The notes beneath the pieces are model-generated. The model was not told where the DNA came from. It worked only from the letters and a program-made list of their open reading frames with translations, and did no database searches. A DNA stretch of 64,000 nucleotides from the human T2T-CHM13v2.0 reference genome, Homo sapiens: the NCBI RefSeq assembly GCF_009914755.1, contig NC_060927.1. The stretch is one strand, 5' to 3'. A program made the position numbers and the translations under genes. Positions 30,440 to 44,548 of this stretch are shown piece after piece. Within the stretch, counting starts at the first letter, position 1. The number at the start of each line of letters is the position of its first letter.

Positions 30440-30744
30440 ATTGATGTGTTTTACTTTTTTACGTTAACAATCTTTAGTAATATTCTCCATACTAGCCAAT
30501 TTACAAAATGTACATTATCTTTTTTGTACTCAAAAATGTGGAGCATTTGACTTACTAGGAAAAATGTGAAAACAACTCTCTACAAGGATAAAATAGAAAA
30601 TTCAAAGGATTTATGCATAATCATTTTGTACCAGTGCCTCTTACTACCTTCGGAATGTCCTTCATGAACTCTTAGCTGTATTCATCTCTTAGTAAGGATA
30701 TATCCTTTTTTAAAAATCAACTTTAAGTGTAATTCATGTAATTA

Positions 30745-31056
<312 letters not shown>

Positions 31057-31550
31057 TCAAACTGCATCTATTTAGAGTTTATAATACCATGGGTTTTGAG
31101 AGTTGTGTGCATGCACTTGCGAAAACCACTACCAAAGTACACAACATTTCCATTATCCCCAAACAACTCCACATGTCCCTTTGAGGTTCCTCATCACCCC
31201 AGCCTCCAGTTGGGCAGTCAGCTGATCTGCTTTTATATGCCATCGTTTGCATTTTCTAGGATTTTTATAAGTGGAACTGTACAGTATGCACTCTTTTGTG
31301 TCTGGCTTCTTTGATTGGAGGTGTATTTTTTGTTTGTTTTAATATAAATTTTAAGAGGTACTTCATATAGAAAAGTACAAAAATCATAAGTATATTGTTT
31401 AATCTATGTTATCTTTTTTTTCCCCTCTGAGAGAGGTCTTGTGTTCCTTGGCTCAAGCTGTTTTCCTGCCTCAGCCTCCCAAGTAGCTGGGATTATAGGT
31501 ATGCACCACAGCGCCTGATTTATGTTATTGTTTTCTGTGTTTTTAAATAG

Positions 31551-32146
<596 letters not shown>

Positions 32147-33017
32147 TATTTTTCACACCTATTATGCATGAATTCATAGAGAATAAGTCCCAGCAGCTCA
32201 GGCTCCTTCCCACTGGTTCCCACAAAGTGCGCTTCTCTGGGTGGAGCAGGCTGGTACTTCAGTCTAATCCAGGTACCTTTCTCTTTGGCTTCCTTCTTTT
32301 TCTGATCATTTTCCTTCATGTGTTTCAGGAAGCTATCTCAGCTCTTAGCTTAATATGCTCCATACACCCATTAATTCTTGGCAAGAATCTTGCCCTTAAC
32401 TTGTTTACCACAATGCCAGCAGCATGCTGGGTAACATTGTAGACTCTTCCAGTTTAGCCATGGTGACACTTGTGGGGCATTCCTTTTTGAACAGTGACCA
32501 TTCCCCTGATGTCTACAATATCATCTTTTTTTAAAAAAAGGTTTTTTAGCTTATGTATTTATTTTTTATTTTTTTTGAGACAGGGTCTCACTCTGTTGCC
32601 CAGGCTGGAGTGCAGTGGCACAATCTCAGCTCAGTGCAACCTCTGCCTCCTGGGCTCAAGTGATCCTCCCGCCTCAGCCTTCTGAGTAACTGGGACTATA
32701 GGTGCTTGCCACCATGCCTGCTAATTTTTGTATTTTTTGTGGAGACAGAGTTTCACCATGTTGCCCAGTCTGATCTCAAACTCCTGGACTCAAGTGATCC
32801 ATCAGCCTTGGCCTCCCAACGTGCTAGGATTATAGACCTGAGCCACCACACCCTGCCAATATCACCTTTCTGATAGATTCACATATATGTGGCCAAAGGA
32901 GCAACTTCATGCTTTCTAAAAGGCCTGGAGAACATATGTCAGGTACTTCTCTCCTCTTTCCCTTTTGTATTCATCATTTTGGTAAATTACTGGAAGATGG
33001 CGATTCTGGCCAGAAGG
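32147..33017 (-). pseudogene. RPL21 processed pseudogene, antisense in intron 5, split by an Alu
   Basis: Minus strand reads CCTTCTGGCCAGAATCGCCATCTTCCAGTAATTTACCAAAATG (RPL21-like 5'UTR, ATG at 32977-32975), then degenerate RPL21 coding sequence ([54 protein letters not shown]) to TAA at 32164-32162. Intronless and frameshifted. A 3'UTR remnant may continue at ~31548-31570. Confidence 0.93.
32529..32856 (-). mobile_element. AluJb-like element inside the RPL21 pseudogene
   Basis: J-type diagnostics; TSD CAATATCA(T/C)CTTT at 32516-32528 and 32857-32869, derived from RPL21 coding sequence. Confidence 0.88.
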
Positions 33018-33079
33018 CTATCATTTTTAATAGATTCTTTATCAGGATTGAGTTTCATTAACAGAGACCCAAAATAATA

Positions 33080-33306
33080 CAGGTTGAGTATCTCTTATCT
33101 AAAATACTTGTGACCAGAAGTGTTTTGGATTTTGGATTTTTTCTTTTTTGGAATATTTGCATTATACTTACCAGTTCATCATCCCTATTTGAAAATACAA
33201 AATGCTCCAATGACTATTTCCTTTGAGCATGATGTTGGTGCTCCAGAAGTCTCAGATTTTGGAGCATTTTGGATTTTGGATTTTCAGATTAGGAATGCTC
33301 AAACTG
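33080..33306 (+). mobile_element. Tigger4a/MER46A TcMar MITE
   Basis: TA|CAGGTTGAGTATC...ATGCTCAAACTG|TA termini and (TTTTGGA)n internal motifs. Confidence 0.85.
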
Positions 33307-33416
33307 TACTGGCTGAACAAGGTAGACGTTTCTTTCTTTCTTATGTAAAATCCAGAATGTATATGACAATTCTATTCTATAGAATTCGCAGGGATCCAGG
33401 CTTCTTCCAGCTCACT

Positions 33417-33815
33417 TGGTGCTTAGCCCATTTTGTGCTGCTATAACAGAACACTTGAGACTGGGTGATTTATAATGAACAGAAATGTATTGGCTCATAC
33501 AGTTCTGGAGGCTGGAAAATCCAGTATCGGGCACCAGCAGTTCTGGTGTCTCATGAGGGCACGGTCTGTTCCAAGTGGCACCTTGAATGCTGCCGGAGGG
33601 GAGGAGCGCTGACCCTCATGCAACAGAGGAATGGAAGAGGCAAACAGAGAGCCACTCCCGGAGTCTTTTTTCTAAGGAAAAGCCTCAGTCCATTCATGAA
33701 GGCAGAACACGCATGACCAAAACACTTCCTGTTAGGCCCCACCTCCCAACACTGCCACAGTGGCCACCGAATTTCAACATGGGTTTTGGAGAGGACAAAC
33801 ACTGAATGGCATAGG
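33417..33815. mobile_element. MST/MLT1A-type MaLR LTR
   Basis: ttagcccattttgtgctgctataacagaacacttgagactgggtgatttata...ttaggccccacctcccaacactg...tttcaacatgggttttgg. Confidence 0.8.
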
Positions 33816-34339
33816 GTAGCATAGGGTGTGGCCCTTGTCTTCATGGTCTGTGAAAGTGACCAGAGCATCAATGTCACATCTACCTTCCAAGCAGCGAGGT
33901 TAAAAAAAGAAGAAAGAAAGAAAGAAAAAAAAAAAAAGACAGACAAAGAGCACGTGGCAGCTATCTTTCAAGGAAGGTTCTGGAAAATCAACCTTGTCAC
34001 TTGGCTTCATCTCAGTGGGTACACTAGGTGTGACCATAACTAGCTACAAGGCAGGCTGGAAAATCATTTTGGGGATCTTTTTTCTGGATAGCCATATACT
34101 TGCATTAAAATAAGAGATTCTATTATTGTAGAAGGAAAGAATAGATTGGGGATAAAGCAGCAGCCCGTGGTACAGGCTGGTGGTGTTCCTTTGTGGGGCT
34201 GTTCTGCAGTTCTAATTGCTGGGCATGTAGGTTTGCTCCAGGGCTTTGGCTGTGGTAAACCATGCCGGGATGCCCAGCTTTGGGTCTCATCTGTAGTCAG
34301 GGCCACTGCTCGCCCAAAAGCACCTTTATGTGAGTGAGA

Positions 34340-34560
34340 GCAAGGCCTACATAATCTGACATGCTAGCCACTAGACATATGTACTATTTATATTTACATT
34401 CAAATTAATTAAAATTCTTAAAAACTAAAAATTCCATTTCGGAGTCACAGTAACTACATTTTGAAGACTCAGTGGCTGACTAATGGCTACTGTATTCGAT
34501 AGAGCAAATATAAAACATTTCTATCATTGCAGAAACTTCTATTGGACAACGCTCTTCCAG
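34340..34560. mobile_element. MER3/MER33-like hAT-Charlie fragment
   Basis: tagccactagacatatg...catttctatcattgcagaaacttctattggaca. Confidence 0.65.
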
Positions 34561-35834
34561 CTAAGGCAGCTTCATATTGGTGCGACCGACTAGGTGGGCC
34601 AAGTGTGGGCCTGCCTCAGCCTTCCTTGACATCTCAGCCAGGCTGCCTTAGACAGGGGCCAGCAGCAAACAATATGTGGCACCTTGCCTTTAGTAATCCC
34701 AAACCCTGCAGACAGTCTCCTCTTGGCAGCTAGCCTCAGGAGGAGTCGGATGGATTGTTGGACTGAGAGAAAACAGTGAGTACTGACTTGGGTTTTGGGG
34801 AGGCAGTTCTTGCTGGGTGGTGAGAATGTTTATGTAACCTGCAGGTAGCATGGGCTGGTTCTCCTGTTCTTTATTCTTTTTGTGGGAAGGTGGAAGTGGG
34901 AGAGGAATTGAGCCCCATCCAACCCACCCCTATTCAGAACTGGAAAGAGTACACTCAAGAGTGGATGATTGCCTCTGAGTATTCCGTCACTCAGGAGATG
35001 GGGAAGAGCTACATACGTCTGTTTTCTGAAAATTATGGTATTTTTAGCTCCAAAAGAGTTTAAAGCAGATTTAAATGCACAGTGGATAATGATAACTTTC
35101 ACATCTGAGCGATCTCGGAGGACATCTGCTCGGATGCTGTTCAAACACGCTCTGACTGGCTCAGTATCTTTATTTTTCTTTTGACAATGGTAAGTGGTGG
35201 AGGGAGAGAATGAGGATTTCAAGATCTGTCATAAGGCGACTAAACTGGGTTGCAGCCCAGGGTCCTCTTAGAAGAGAGGAGTTTACCCTGCACTAGGTCT
35301 CCTGATCTCCCCTGGTGGGAAGGTTAAATGTCTAGTAAAAGCTTCTAGTAGAAGCTTTGGGGTGGTCTAGACTCCCATGCCCTGCAGTGAAGGGGCCACA
35401 GAGGAGCTGTGAGGGAGCACCCAGGCACCCTCATGTGGCTTTTCTGAGTACAGCAACATAGAAACACTGCTTTGGAGCTCAGGGCCTGTCCATACAGTCC
35501 TGCTTGGATGGTTCTGGTTGCAGAGAGCTCCTGCTAAATCTTTCCTGTTGGGTGAGGTCAGCTCTTCCTGTTAGAAAGTTCTCATCTGGACTCTGCGGTG
35601 GCCTCTCTGTGCCTTTCACTCACTGACCCTAGAGCAGCACGGTGTGGCGTGATCTTCTCGGGCAAGGTCCTTACTCTGTGTGCTTCAGTTTCCTATCATG
35701 TTCCCATGATAATAGGACCTGCCCTGTGACAATGTTGTGAGGTTTAAATGAGGTAATAATATATGAAGCTCTTAGAACAGTTCAGTAAGGTTTGCTGTTG
35801 CTATTTTTTATTACCTTTTCTTCTCCTAAGCTAC

Positions 35835-36112
35835 TTTTTTTTTTTTGAGACAGGCTCACTCTGTCACCCAGGCTGGAGTGCAGTGGCATGATCTCGGCTC
35901 ACTGCAACCTCCGCCTCCCCAGCTCAAGTGATCCTTCCACCTCAGCCTCCCAAGTAGGTGGGACGAAAGGTGCATGCCACCATGCCCAGCTAATTTTTTG
36001 TATTTTTGGTAGAAACAGGGTTTCACTATGTTGCCCAGGCTGGTCTCAAACTCCTGAGCTCAAGCAATCCACCCACCCCAGCCTCCCAAAGTGCTAGGAT
36101 TATGCCCAACCT
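35835..36112 (-). mobile_element. AluJ
   Basis: Alu match flanked by a CCTAAGCTAC direct repeat. Confidence 0.88.
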
Positions 36113-38334
36113 AAGCTACCGTTTTTACCTCCCAAGCCTTGGTGTAGGCCAGGGAGGCACTCTCCTTTGACAACCAATTGCAAAGGGTCAGGCAGGTCTT
36201 TTTGACCGAGGTTGGAGGAAGGGCAGATTTCCCACACTGGAGCAGCAAGGCACAGGGGACAGAGCGGGCTGCAAAGCCAGGCACCAGGGGCACATCCAGA
36301 CTCCATCTTTTACCAGTGAGGTGTTCTCAGTGGGCCACTAAACCTCTCTGAGCCTCAGTTGTGCCAGTTGGGAAATAGGAGGATAGGTACATACTTCTGA
36401 GTCATGGGAATGATGATGAGGCAGTGTGTAACTAGCCTGGGCTGGCTGAAGGCACGTAATAAATAAGTGCCTCCCCTCCTCTGTTGACAGGAGCCCCTTG
36501 TTGAACAGAAGTCCATGTTCTCTCCCATTCAGCCCATAGACATTTCCTGGGGTTGGTTTTTCATATAACAGTTTCAGAATGGTTCATGTTGTGATGGAGG
36601 GGGAAATAGGGACACAGTCCAGGGGGCATCAGAGAGCAATTTCAGGAATCTGACCAGTTGGCCAACAGCCTAAGCCTCGCCACATTGCATGGCAACTTCA
36701 ATAAAACCACTTGGCCAGCTCACCCAAGGGCTGGCCTCTGGGCTTCGGCAGTCAGACCCGCTGCATGTCCCCAGGTGTCAATCTGTTGCCCCAGTACTGG
36801 TTGCAGCCCCAGTGCAGGCTACAATTGCACCAACTTTCCTGAAAGAATGTCAATACTAGAAGGGCCTTGAAAAGTCTTGTCCAAGCCCTGAATTTTACAT
36901 CTGAGGTGAAGATGGCCGGAGAGGTGGAGTGGTTGGCCTAGGTCACACTGTGACAATGTAGAGGCTCTCTGGATGTCAGTGCCGTGTACCGCTTCCGTCT
37001 CCTTGTAGCCTCCTTAGTCTGGCTGCTATGCTGGGAAGGGCGTCCAGACCTAGGTGGGCCCAGCCCCAGGTGTTCTTATGGTCCCTGCTCTTAGCCTCTG
37101 CATAGCACTCATCCTAAAAGGTCTGGCTGTCCCATCCTGACTCGGCAACTCACCCCTTCTAGAAGCAGAGCTGCAGAACTAGATCGCACCCGACCCCCCA
37201 GCATCTCTCCAGGCTCCTTTCACACGGCTTCTGCCTTGCCTCTTCCATGATGCTGCCTGTTGCTGAGAGTGTGTAAGCCAGGAATTACACACTGATGAGA
37301 ACTGATGAAACCTATAGTTCGCATAGCCTGTGTGGTAGGAAGAGGCTGAGAAGCTTTCGCAGGTTCAGGCAAGTTGGTACCTTACGAAGACATATGCACT
37401 TGGTCAGGCTGTCAGTTCCTAGGACCAATTCCTCATCAGCTCTGCCTGCATCATTTTTAGAGAATTTTTCCACTTTTTCCTTTCTATGTTGACTGCAATG
37501 AGAGGCATAAGCAGCAACCGCAGTAAGCTCTCACATTATTGCTCAGGAAGAGAAGACACTAGGGGGCCTTCCTATCCCCATCCTTTATTCTCTAGCCCTC
37601 TTCATTCCACATCACCCCGTGGGAGAGGGCAAGAGAGGGCTCTGTTCTGTGGGTCTGTGGGGAGTAGACAGAAACTTCAGGAGGCCCAATTGGATGTTTT
37701 TTTTCATGTGAAGTATCTTTGCGCCTCGGTCTTCTGGTAAGCAATAGCTGTATCTAAATGACCAAGTCTGTTTGTCATGGTGAGCCCGGCCACATCAATG
37801 ATATGTTTGATGTGTTTTATCAAAAACTGCCTGTGTACTAGAGAAGACATTTTTATTCCCCAGCTCATTCTGTTTTTCATCTCATCCCTCACATTTTATA
37901 GGCCTGATGTTTTAAGAAAAGTTATTCTTTCACTATAAAACTTGGTTTTATTAAAATACACTTATTTTAACTCATTTCCCAAACTAAGTTCATGTTTTAA
38001 AATCTCCCACGGCTCTCTGTACAGTCACAGGTATTACTGGAATTGCTAGTGTGGTTAGACAGTTGGATATTTGCTTTTTGGGGGGCATTGAGTGTTCTTG
38101 GTGAAGGAGCTGGAAAAGTGGAAGGGGCCAGGAACCTAGGGGCTCAACTGAAGTTCCAACTGAGTTGCCACCTGTGCAACTGTGCAGGTGTTACTTGTCA
38201 TAGGTGGTAATCTGACTTTTACTTATTATTTGGGCCCAGCTCAGATGCCGCCTCCTCCATGTGGCCTTCCCTGCTGTGAACGGAAGCTTGTGGCTCCTGC
38301 CACTTGTCAGCACACTCTCTCCCCTCTGCCTTTT

Positions 38335-38427
38335 TTTTTTTTGAGACAGAGTCTCGCTCTCGCCCAGGCTGGAGTGCAGTGGTGCGATCTCGGCTTACTG
38401 CAAGCTCCACCTCCCAGGTTCACTCCA
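38335..38427 (-). mobile_element. Severely 5'-truncated AluY-type insertion (~95 bp)
   Basis: Only the Alu 3' end (gcaagctcc diagnostic); TSD TCCCCTCTGCCTTTT at 38320-38334 and 38428-38442. Confidence 0.88.
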
Positions 38428-38748
38428 TCCCCTCTGCCTTTTGATGTGCTTTGTTGTGTCTCTTTTCTCAGCCAGATTGTCAGCTCCTTGAGGACAAGCT
38501 CTATGTCTTAACTCTCATCTTTGCAGCTCTCCCCTGGGGGCATCTTCAGCCCCTGCATTCCCCCTGCCACCCGCTAGCCCCTGCAATCACTGTGTCCCTC
38601 CAGGGCTGAGTGGGGTGCTCCCCACACAGTACATGCTCAGTGCATACCTGTTGAAACGGAATTTCAGATTCTCAGTACCTTTTATGGAATATCACTTTCT
38701 GCTGAGCATTAACAGTTATTTGTACACGTTTTATTTTTCCTGTAAGGT

Positions 38749-38927
38749 CAGGGCTGGTAAACGTTTTCCATCAGGGCCAGACAGAAGAGGCCTTGTGGAC
38801 CATATGGTCTCTGTTGCAATTACTCAAATCTGCAACCATAGACGATGTGTAAATGAATGGGTATGGCTGGGTTCCCGTAAAACATTATTTACAAAACAGG
38901 CAGTTGGCCTAGATTGCCAGCCCCCTT
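38749..38927. mobile_element. MER58-like hAT MITE
   Basis: cagggctggtaaac...ggaccatatggtctctgttgcaattactcaa...ttatttacaaaacaggc. Confidence 0.75.
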
Positions 38928-39049
38928 AGCAGATTTTCAGCTTCTGAAAAGGCAGGCTCTGTGTCTCATTTGCCTTGTGTCTAGCAGAGGCCATGCAGAG
39001 AGTGAGTGCTCCATAAATACTCATTTGGGGATTATTAAATGAAGCAAAA

Positions 39050-39630
39050 GGCTGGAATTTGAGCTGCACACATACAGGCCTCATGACCCAGTGTTTCAAT
39101 TCCTAGGTCATACCCAACAGGATTGCCTGCACGTAGTCACCGGAGGGCATGTGCCAGGGTGTCCATGGCAGCACTGTTTGTCATGGCCCCAAACTGGAAT
39201 CTACCCCAGTGCCAGTTGACAGGAGATAATTAAATCAATTGCAGCATATTCACAAAATGGAATACTATGCAGCAATTAAAATAAATGTGCTCTATGTAAA
39301 AATATGGATGAATCTCACAAACACGATGTTGAATTAAGATGAAGCTACACATAAAATATTACATATTGTATGACTCCATTCACAAAAAGTTGAAAGGCAG
39401 GTAAAACACATCTATGCTGTGAGAAGTGAGGAGAGTGGTTACCTTTGGTGGTGGAGGTGGGCTGGAAGGGGTTCTCGGGAGCTTCCTGAAGCACTGGCTG
39501 TGCTTTTCTCCTTGATCAGTGTGCTGGCTATGGGGGTATGCTCAGTTTGTGAAAATTCTTCAATCCGTGCACTTAGGATTTGTGTACTTTTCTGTATGAA
39601 TGTTATGGTTGCATAAAGCATTCCATTTAA
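39050..39630 (+). mobile_element. L1M 3' fragment
   Basis: caattcctagg...aatggaatactatgcagcaattaaa...atggatgaatctcacaaac. Confidence 0.75.
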
Positions 39631-39954
39631 AACAAAACAAAAAGTAAAGTAGTTTGTCCAAACATTATTTAACCAAAGACTACTATCAGCCGTTCTGATT
39701 TTCTGTCCAATGCTCTTCAACTGCTGACCCCAAATATGGGCTCTTTGTCCTAGAAAGGGGAATATGGAAGCCCTGTCTCTCCTTTCGTCATCTCTTTCAC
39801 CCAGGTGTACAAGAGCAGAGCCCGGCATTGAGTATTTTGAAGATGGAGCCAATGTCCCTGGTCTGCCCCTGCCTCGGCATCCCCCACCACCTCTGGCATC
39901 CATACCCGTGGTGGGTGCTGTAACGGCATCTGGGCTTTGTCATCTCCTTTGCAG

Positions 39955-40188
39955 AACATCGTAGCTGTGGGAGCTGGGTTCTGCGACGGCCTCCGCTGTG
40001 GAGACAACACCAAAGCGGCCGTCATCCGCCTGGGACTCATGGAAATGATTGCTTTTGCCAGGATCTTCTGCAAAGGCCAAGTGTCTACAGCCACCTTCCT
40101 AGAGAGCTGCGGGGTGGCCGACCTGATCACCACCTGTTACGGAGGGCGGAACCGCAGGGTGGCCGAGGCCTTCGCCAGAACTGGGAAG
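39955..40188 (+). CDS. GPD1L: GPD1L coding exon 6 (N207-K284)
   Basis: tttgcag|AAC acceptor, AAG|gtagcc donor. [78 protein letters not shown], with the GDNTKA and [11 protein letters not shown] family motifs. 234 nt. Confidence 0.98.
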
Positions 40189-40427
40189 GTAGCCCCTCAC
40201 CTGCTCTCCCGCACCCCCTCCTTCCTCACTTGAGACTCCTGGCTTGGGGTGAACTGCAGCCCAGTGGAGATTTCATGCCAGCATCTATTTGCTGGGATTG
40301 TTCCGTTTGCCTGGCTGCTTTTTCACTTGACTCTTCTGTTCTTTATCTTTGTGTCTTTATCTTTCCTTGGCTTCCAGCAGGGGACTGAAGCTCTTCTCTC
40401 ACTCTGCTCTTGAAATAATTGATGCTA

Positions 40428-40570
40428 GGCCGGGCGTGGTGGCTCATGCCTGTAATCCCACCACTTTGGGAGGCCAAGGTGGGAGGATTGCTTTAGGCCG
40501 CAAGTTCGAGGCCAGCCTGCACAGCATAGCAAGACCCATTCTCTAAAAAAAAAAAAAAAGAAAAAAAACA
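40428..40570 (+). mobile_element. FLAM / Alu left-arm monomer in the 458-bp intron 6
   Basis: Left arm followed directly by a long A-tail. Confidence 0.88.
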
Positions 40571-40646
40571 CTTAAAAATTAAACAAATAAATGATTCTTT
40601 AGTCTTTACCATAGTTTTTTTAAATATATAATCCTTTGTTTTTAAG

Positions 40647-40753
40647 ACCATTGAAGAGTTGGAGAAGGAGATGCTGAATGGGCAAAAGCTCCAAGGACCG
40701 CAGACTTCTGCTGAAGTGTACCGCATCCTCAAACAGAAGGGACTACTGGACAA
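40647..40753 (+). CDS. GPD1L: GPD1L coding exon 7 (T285-K320 partial)
   Basis: ttttaag|ACC acceptor, AA|gtaagt donor. [35 protein letters not shown](K). 107 nt. Confidence 0.97.
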
Positions 40754-41224
40754 GTAAGTCTCTCAGTCGCCCATGAGACCAGATAAATGTCCATCATTCC
40801 TATTCTCAGGACTTCCAGCCCCACGGAGATGAGCTAGACTATTTGACAAGTGCCCTTAGAACTTATCTGGATTAGTTCAGTCCTTTGTGTGATGTGAACG
40901 TCTGTGATGAGAAGCATCTACCTACTCCCAAAACATGTGTTTACACAAAACCAGGCTCAACTTCAATGAAAGGAGCTCAATTCTATAAGTCATGTTATAA
41001 AATACAAAATTTAAGATTCTAGTTTGTCTCGCAGGGTGTTTGGTAAAAGCTACATATCATACGTTTTAAAATTTGTAAAAATTACTTTTTTGTTTTTATT
41101 AAAAAGTATGGTTATGTTATTAAAATGTCAAGTCAGAAAAGAAGGAAGGACGAGTTAGCCCAACATTATACCATTAGAAGGTAGCTCTGTTAAGTTTGGT
41201 GCACAGCCTTCCAGTCTCTTCATC

Positions 41225-41750
41225 GGGTGGGTAGATGGGGCTTAGGATGGGATGGGATGGGATGGAATGGGATGAAGGGATGGATGATGGGTGGGTGGGT
41301 TGGCAGGTGGGAAGGGATGGGATGAGATAGATGGATGGATGGATGATGGATGGGTGCATGGGTAGATGGGTGAGTGGATGGGTGGGATGGGTGAATGGAT
41401 GGATGATGGGTGGGTGGGATGGGATGGGATGAGATGGATGGATGGATGGATGGATGGATGGATTATGGATGGGTGCATGGGTGGATGGGTGAGTGGATGG
41501 GTGGGATGGGTGAATGGATGGATGATGGGTGGGTGGGTGGGATGGGATGAGATAGATGGAGGGATGGATGATGGATGGGCGCATGGGTAGATGGGTGAGT
41601 GGATGGGTGGGATGGGTGAATGGATGGATGATGGGTGGGTGGGTGGGATGGGATGAGATAGACGGAGGGATGGATAATGGATGGGTGCATGGATAGATGG
41701 GTGAGTGGATGGGTGGGATGGGTGAATGGATGGATAGATGGGTGGGTGCA
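41225..41750. repeat. (GGAT/GGGT)n repeat with higher-order ~106-119 bp units
   Basis: GCATGG anchor recurs at 41356, 41475, 41581 and 41687. Confidence 0.95.
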
Positions 41751-43464
41751 TCCATCCTCCATTGCCCTTCCAGGCCAGTTGTGTGTTAAAGGTGGGCTTA
41801 AGTCAGTTTATTTGCCACCTGATTGAGAGAGTGAGCCCTGTAGCACCAGAAAAGCTTCCCAGCCTCTCCTGAGGCCACTCTCCAGCCCTACCTGCTCCAC
41901 AGCACTTTCTCTTGCCGATTTACTGAGCATGATTGTGGAGGACCATAATCATGATGCCAACTACACCACTGCATAAATGCTTATGCAGCATATTGCATGT
42001 ATCCTTAACTCTCCCGTAATACTCTCTAGGGGAGGGGAGGTCTTGTTGCCTAGGACTGAAGGGAGCTGGGCAGCTGGAATGACATGCTGATTGTGGCTAA
42101 TTTAGAGCATGAGCTTCTCTCCAAGCTGGGAGGAGGGTCGTGGATGTTGTTGCTATTATCTCTGGTTGCAGCTCCTTTATCCTGGTTCTGTCAGTTTAGG
42201 TGTCTGCTGGTCCCAGTCATGCATCTTTACCTCCCCCTGCACCCAGCACCCCTCCTCCTTTTACCCAGAACAAATTAATCAGCCATGGAGTTCTGTACTG
42301 AAAGTTAAAAATGAGGGTGGATGGAGCATTTGTCTTACCTTTTAAATTTGCACTTTATTTTTCTGAAATGGCTTTTAAAACCAGCCATGCAGAGATGGAA
42401 GTTCACAAACAGGCTGCCAAAGGAGGAGAACTACCTTTAAATTGTGGCTAAAAGGAAAATGCCTCTGACATGCATGGTTTTCCTTACCTACTTAGCAGCA
42501 GACAGTGATATGTTTGTGTGTGGTTGGACTACTTTAATGACCACTGAGCATTTATCAAGAAATTTTTTTAAGTCTCAAAAAAAAATAATACTTGGCTGTT
42601 TAGTGAGACTCTCCCAACCAGAATTTTCAAGTGGCATCTTGAAACACACCCCAAGTGTGCTACCATGGGGTGCCTTGATAGGATTCTCTGGATGGACAGG
42701 TTGGCTGGGCATTAGCCTGTTAGCTCCAGGGGGACATGGACTAGAATTGCGATTCTGGGGCCAGTAGCTCCCTGTTTTCAAAAGCAGGTGTAATCAAGCA
42801 GGTAAATCTCTGCTCTGAGCAGACATCTCTCCTTGGTCATGTCCCATTTTATTTCTTCTGATTAGAGATTGAACAGGCTCCACCTGTGCTTAATAACATC
42901 GCTGCTGGATTGGACGTGGCAGCACCCTTCTCCTGGGCTGGAGTGTAGAATCCCCTGGGACTCCTCCCCATTCCTTGTACCACCTGCCTCCCAAAGGCAG
43001 AGGCCTATTGTGCTCCCTTTGCACCACCTCTTACTTTGATTCCTTTTTCCTTTTTCATTCTGACCACCACTACTCCGGTCTTCCTCTGTTTCCTTCTCCC
43101 TCCCTTCTCTTCTCCATTGCTATAGAAAAAATAGCAGGAGGGCAGCATTCAAGGCTGCCCTGTGGCTTATTAGCCCTGTGGCCTTGGGCAAGTCACGTAT
43201 TTAGCTGTTCTGTGCCCCGGTGTTCTTATCCACAAAATTAAGATGGAAGACCAGATGAACACCATGGTCCCTACCAGCTTGAGCATTCACATTCAGAGGC
43301 CTCCTGCTCTTATAGAGTGAAGCACATGGTCCTTAGGCAGATGTGGCCCCCCTCAATCTAGCACCAATGTAACTTCCTGCAGTACATCCTCTTACTCCCT
43401 ATGGTACCGTCTTTTCTTGAATGGAACTTTTCTTTGCCTCTCATTTTACCTTAATTACCTTTTC

Positions 43465-43730
<266 letters not shown>

Positions 43731-43859
43731 CCTTAATTACCTTTTCAAAGACCGTGTCACATTCTGAGATACTAGGGGTTAGGACCTAAGCATATTAATT
43801 GGGAGGAGGGCACAATTCAGCCCGTACACAACATGTTCTCTGAGGTGCATGTTGCAAGC

Positions 43860-44135
43860 TCCTGGGTCTCACTCTGTCACCCAGGCTGGAGTGCAATGGT
43901 GCAATCTCAGCACTGCAATCTCCGCCTCCCATGTTTAAGTAATTCTCTTGCCTCAGCCTCTCCAGTAGCTGGGATTACAGGCGCGTGCCCCTATACCCAG
44001 CTAATTTTTGCATTTTTAGTAGAGACTGGTTTTTACCACGTTGCCCAGGCTGGTCTCGAACTCCTGGCCTCAAGCAATCTGCCCACCTTGGCTTCCCAAA
44101 GTGCTGGATTACAGGCATGAGCCACCACGCCTGGC
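43860..44135 (-). mobile_element. Alu (S/J) lacking its tail
   Basis: Alu match. Confidence 0.88.
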
Positions 44136-44221
44136 CTGGCTTTATTTATAATACTGCACATCCCTGCACTTAGTCTGAAGTCTGAAACATCTTAAGCCCT
44201 CAGTATTGATTAGTGGGATAG

Positions 44222-44548
<327 letters not shown>

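Noticed and set aside
41174-41762. 193-aa and 169-aa His/Pro/Ser-rich ORFs
   Set aside because: Translations of the (CCAT/CCCA)n simple repeat.
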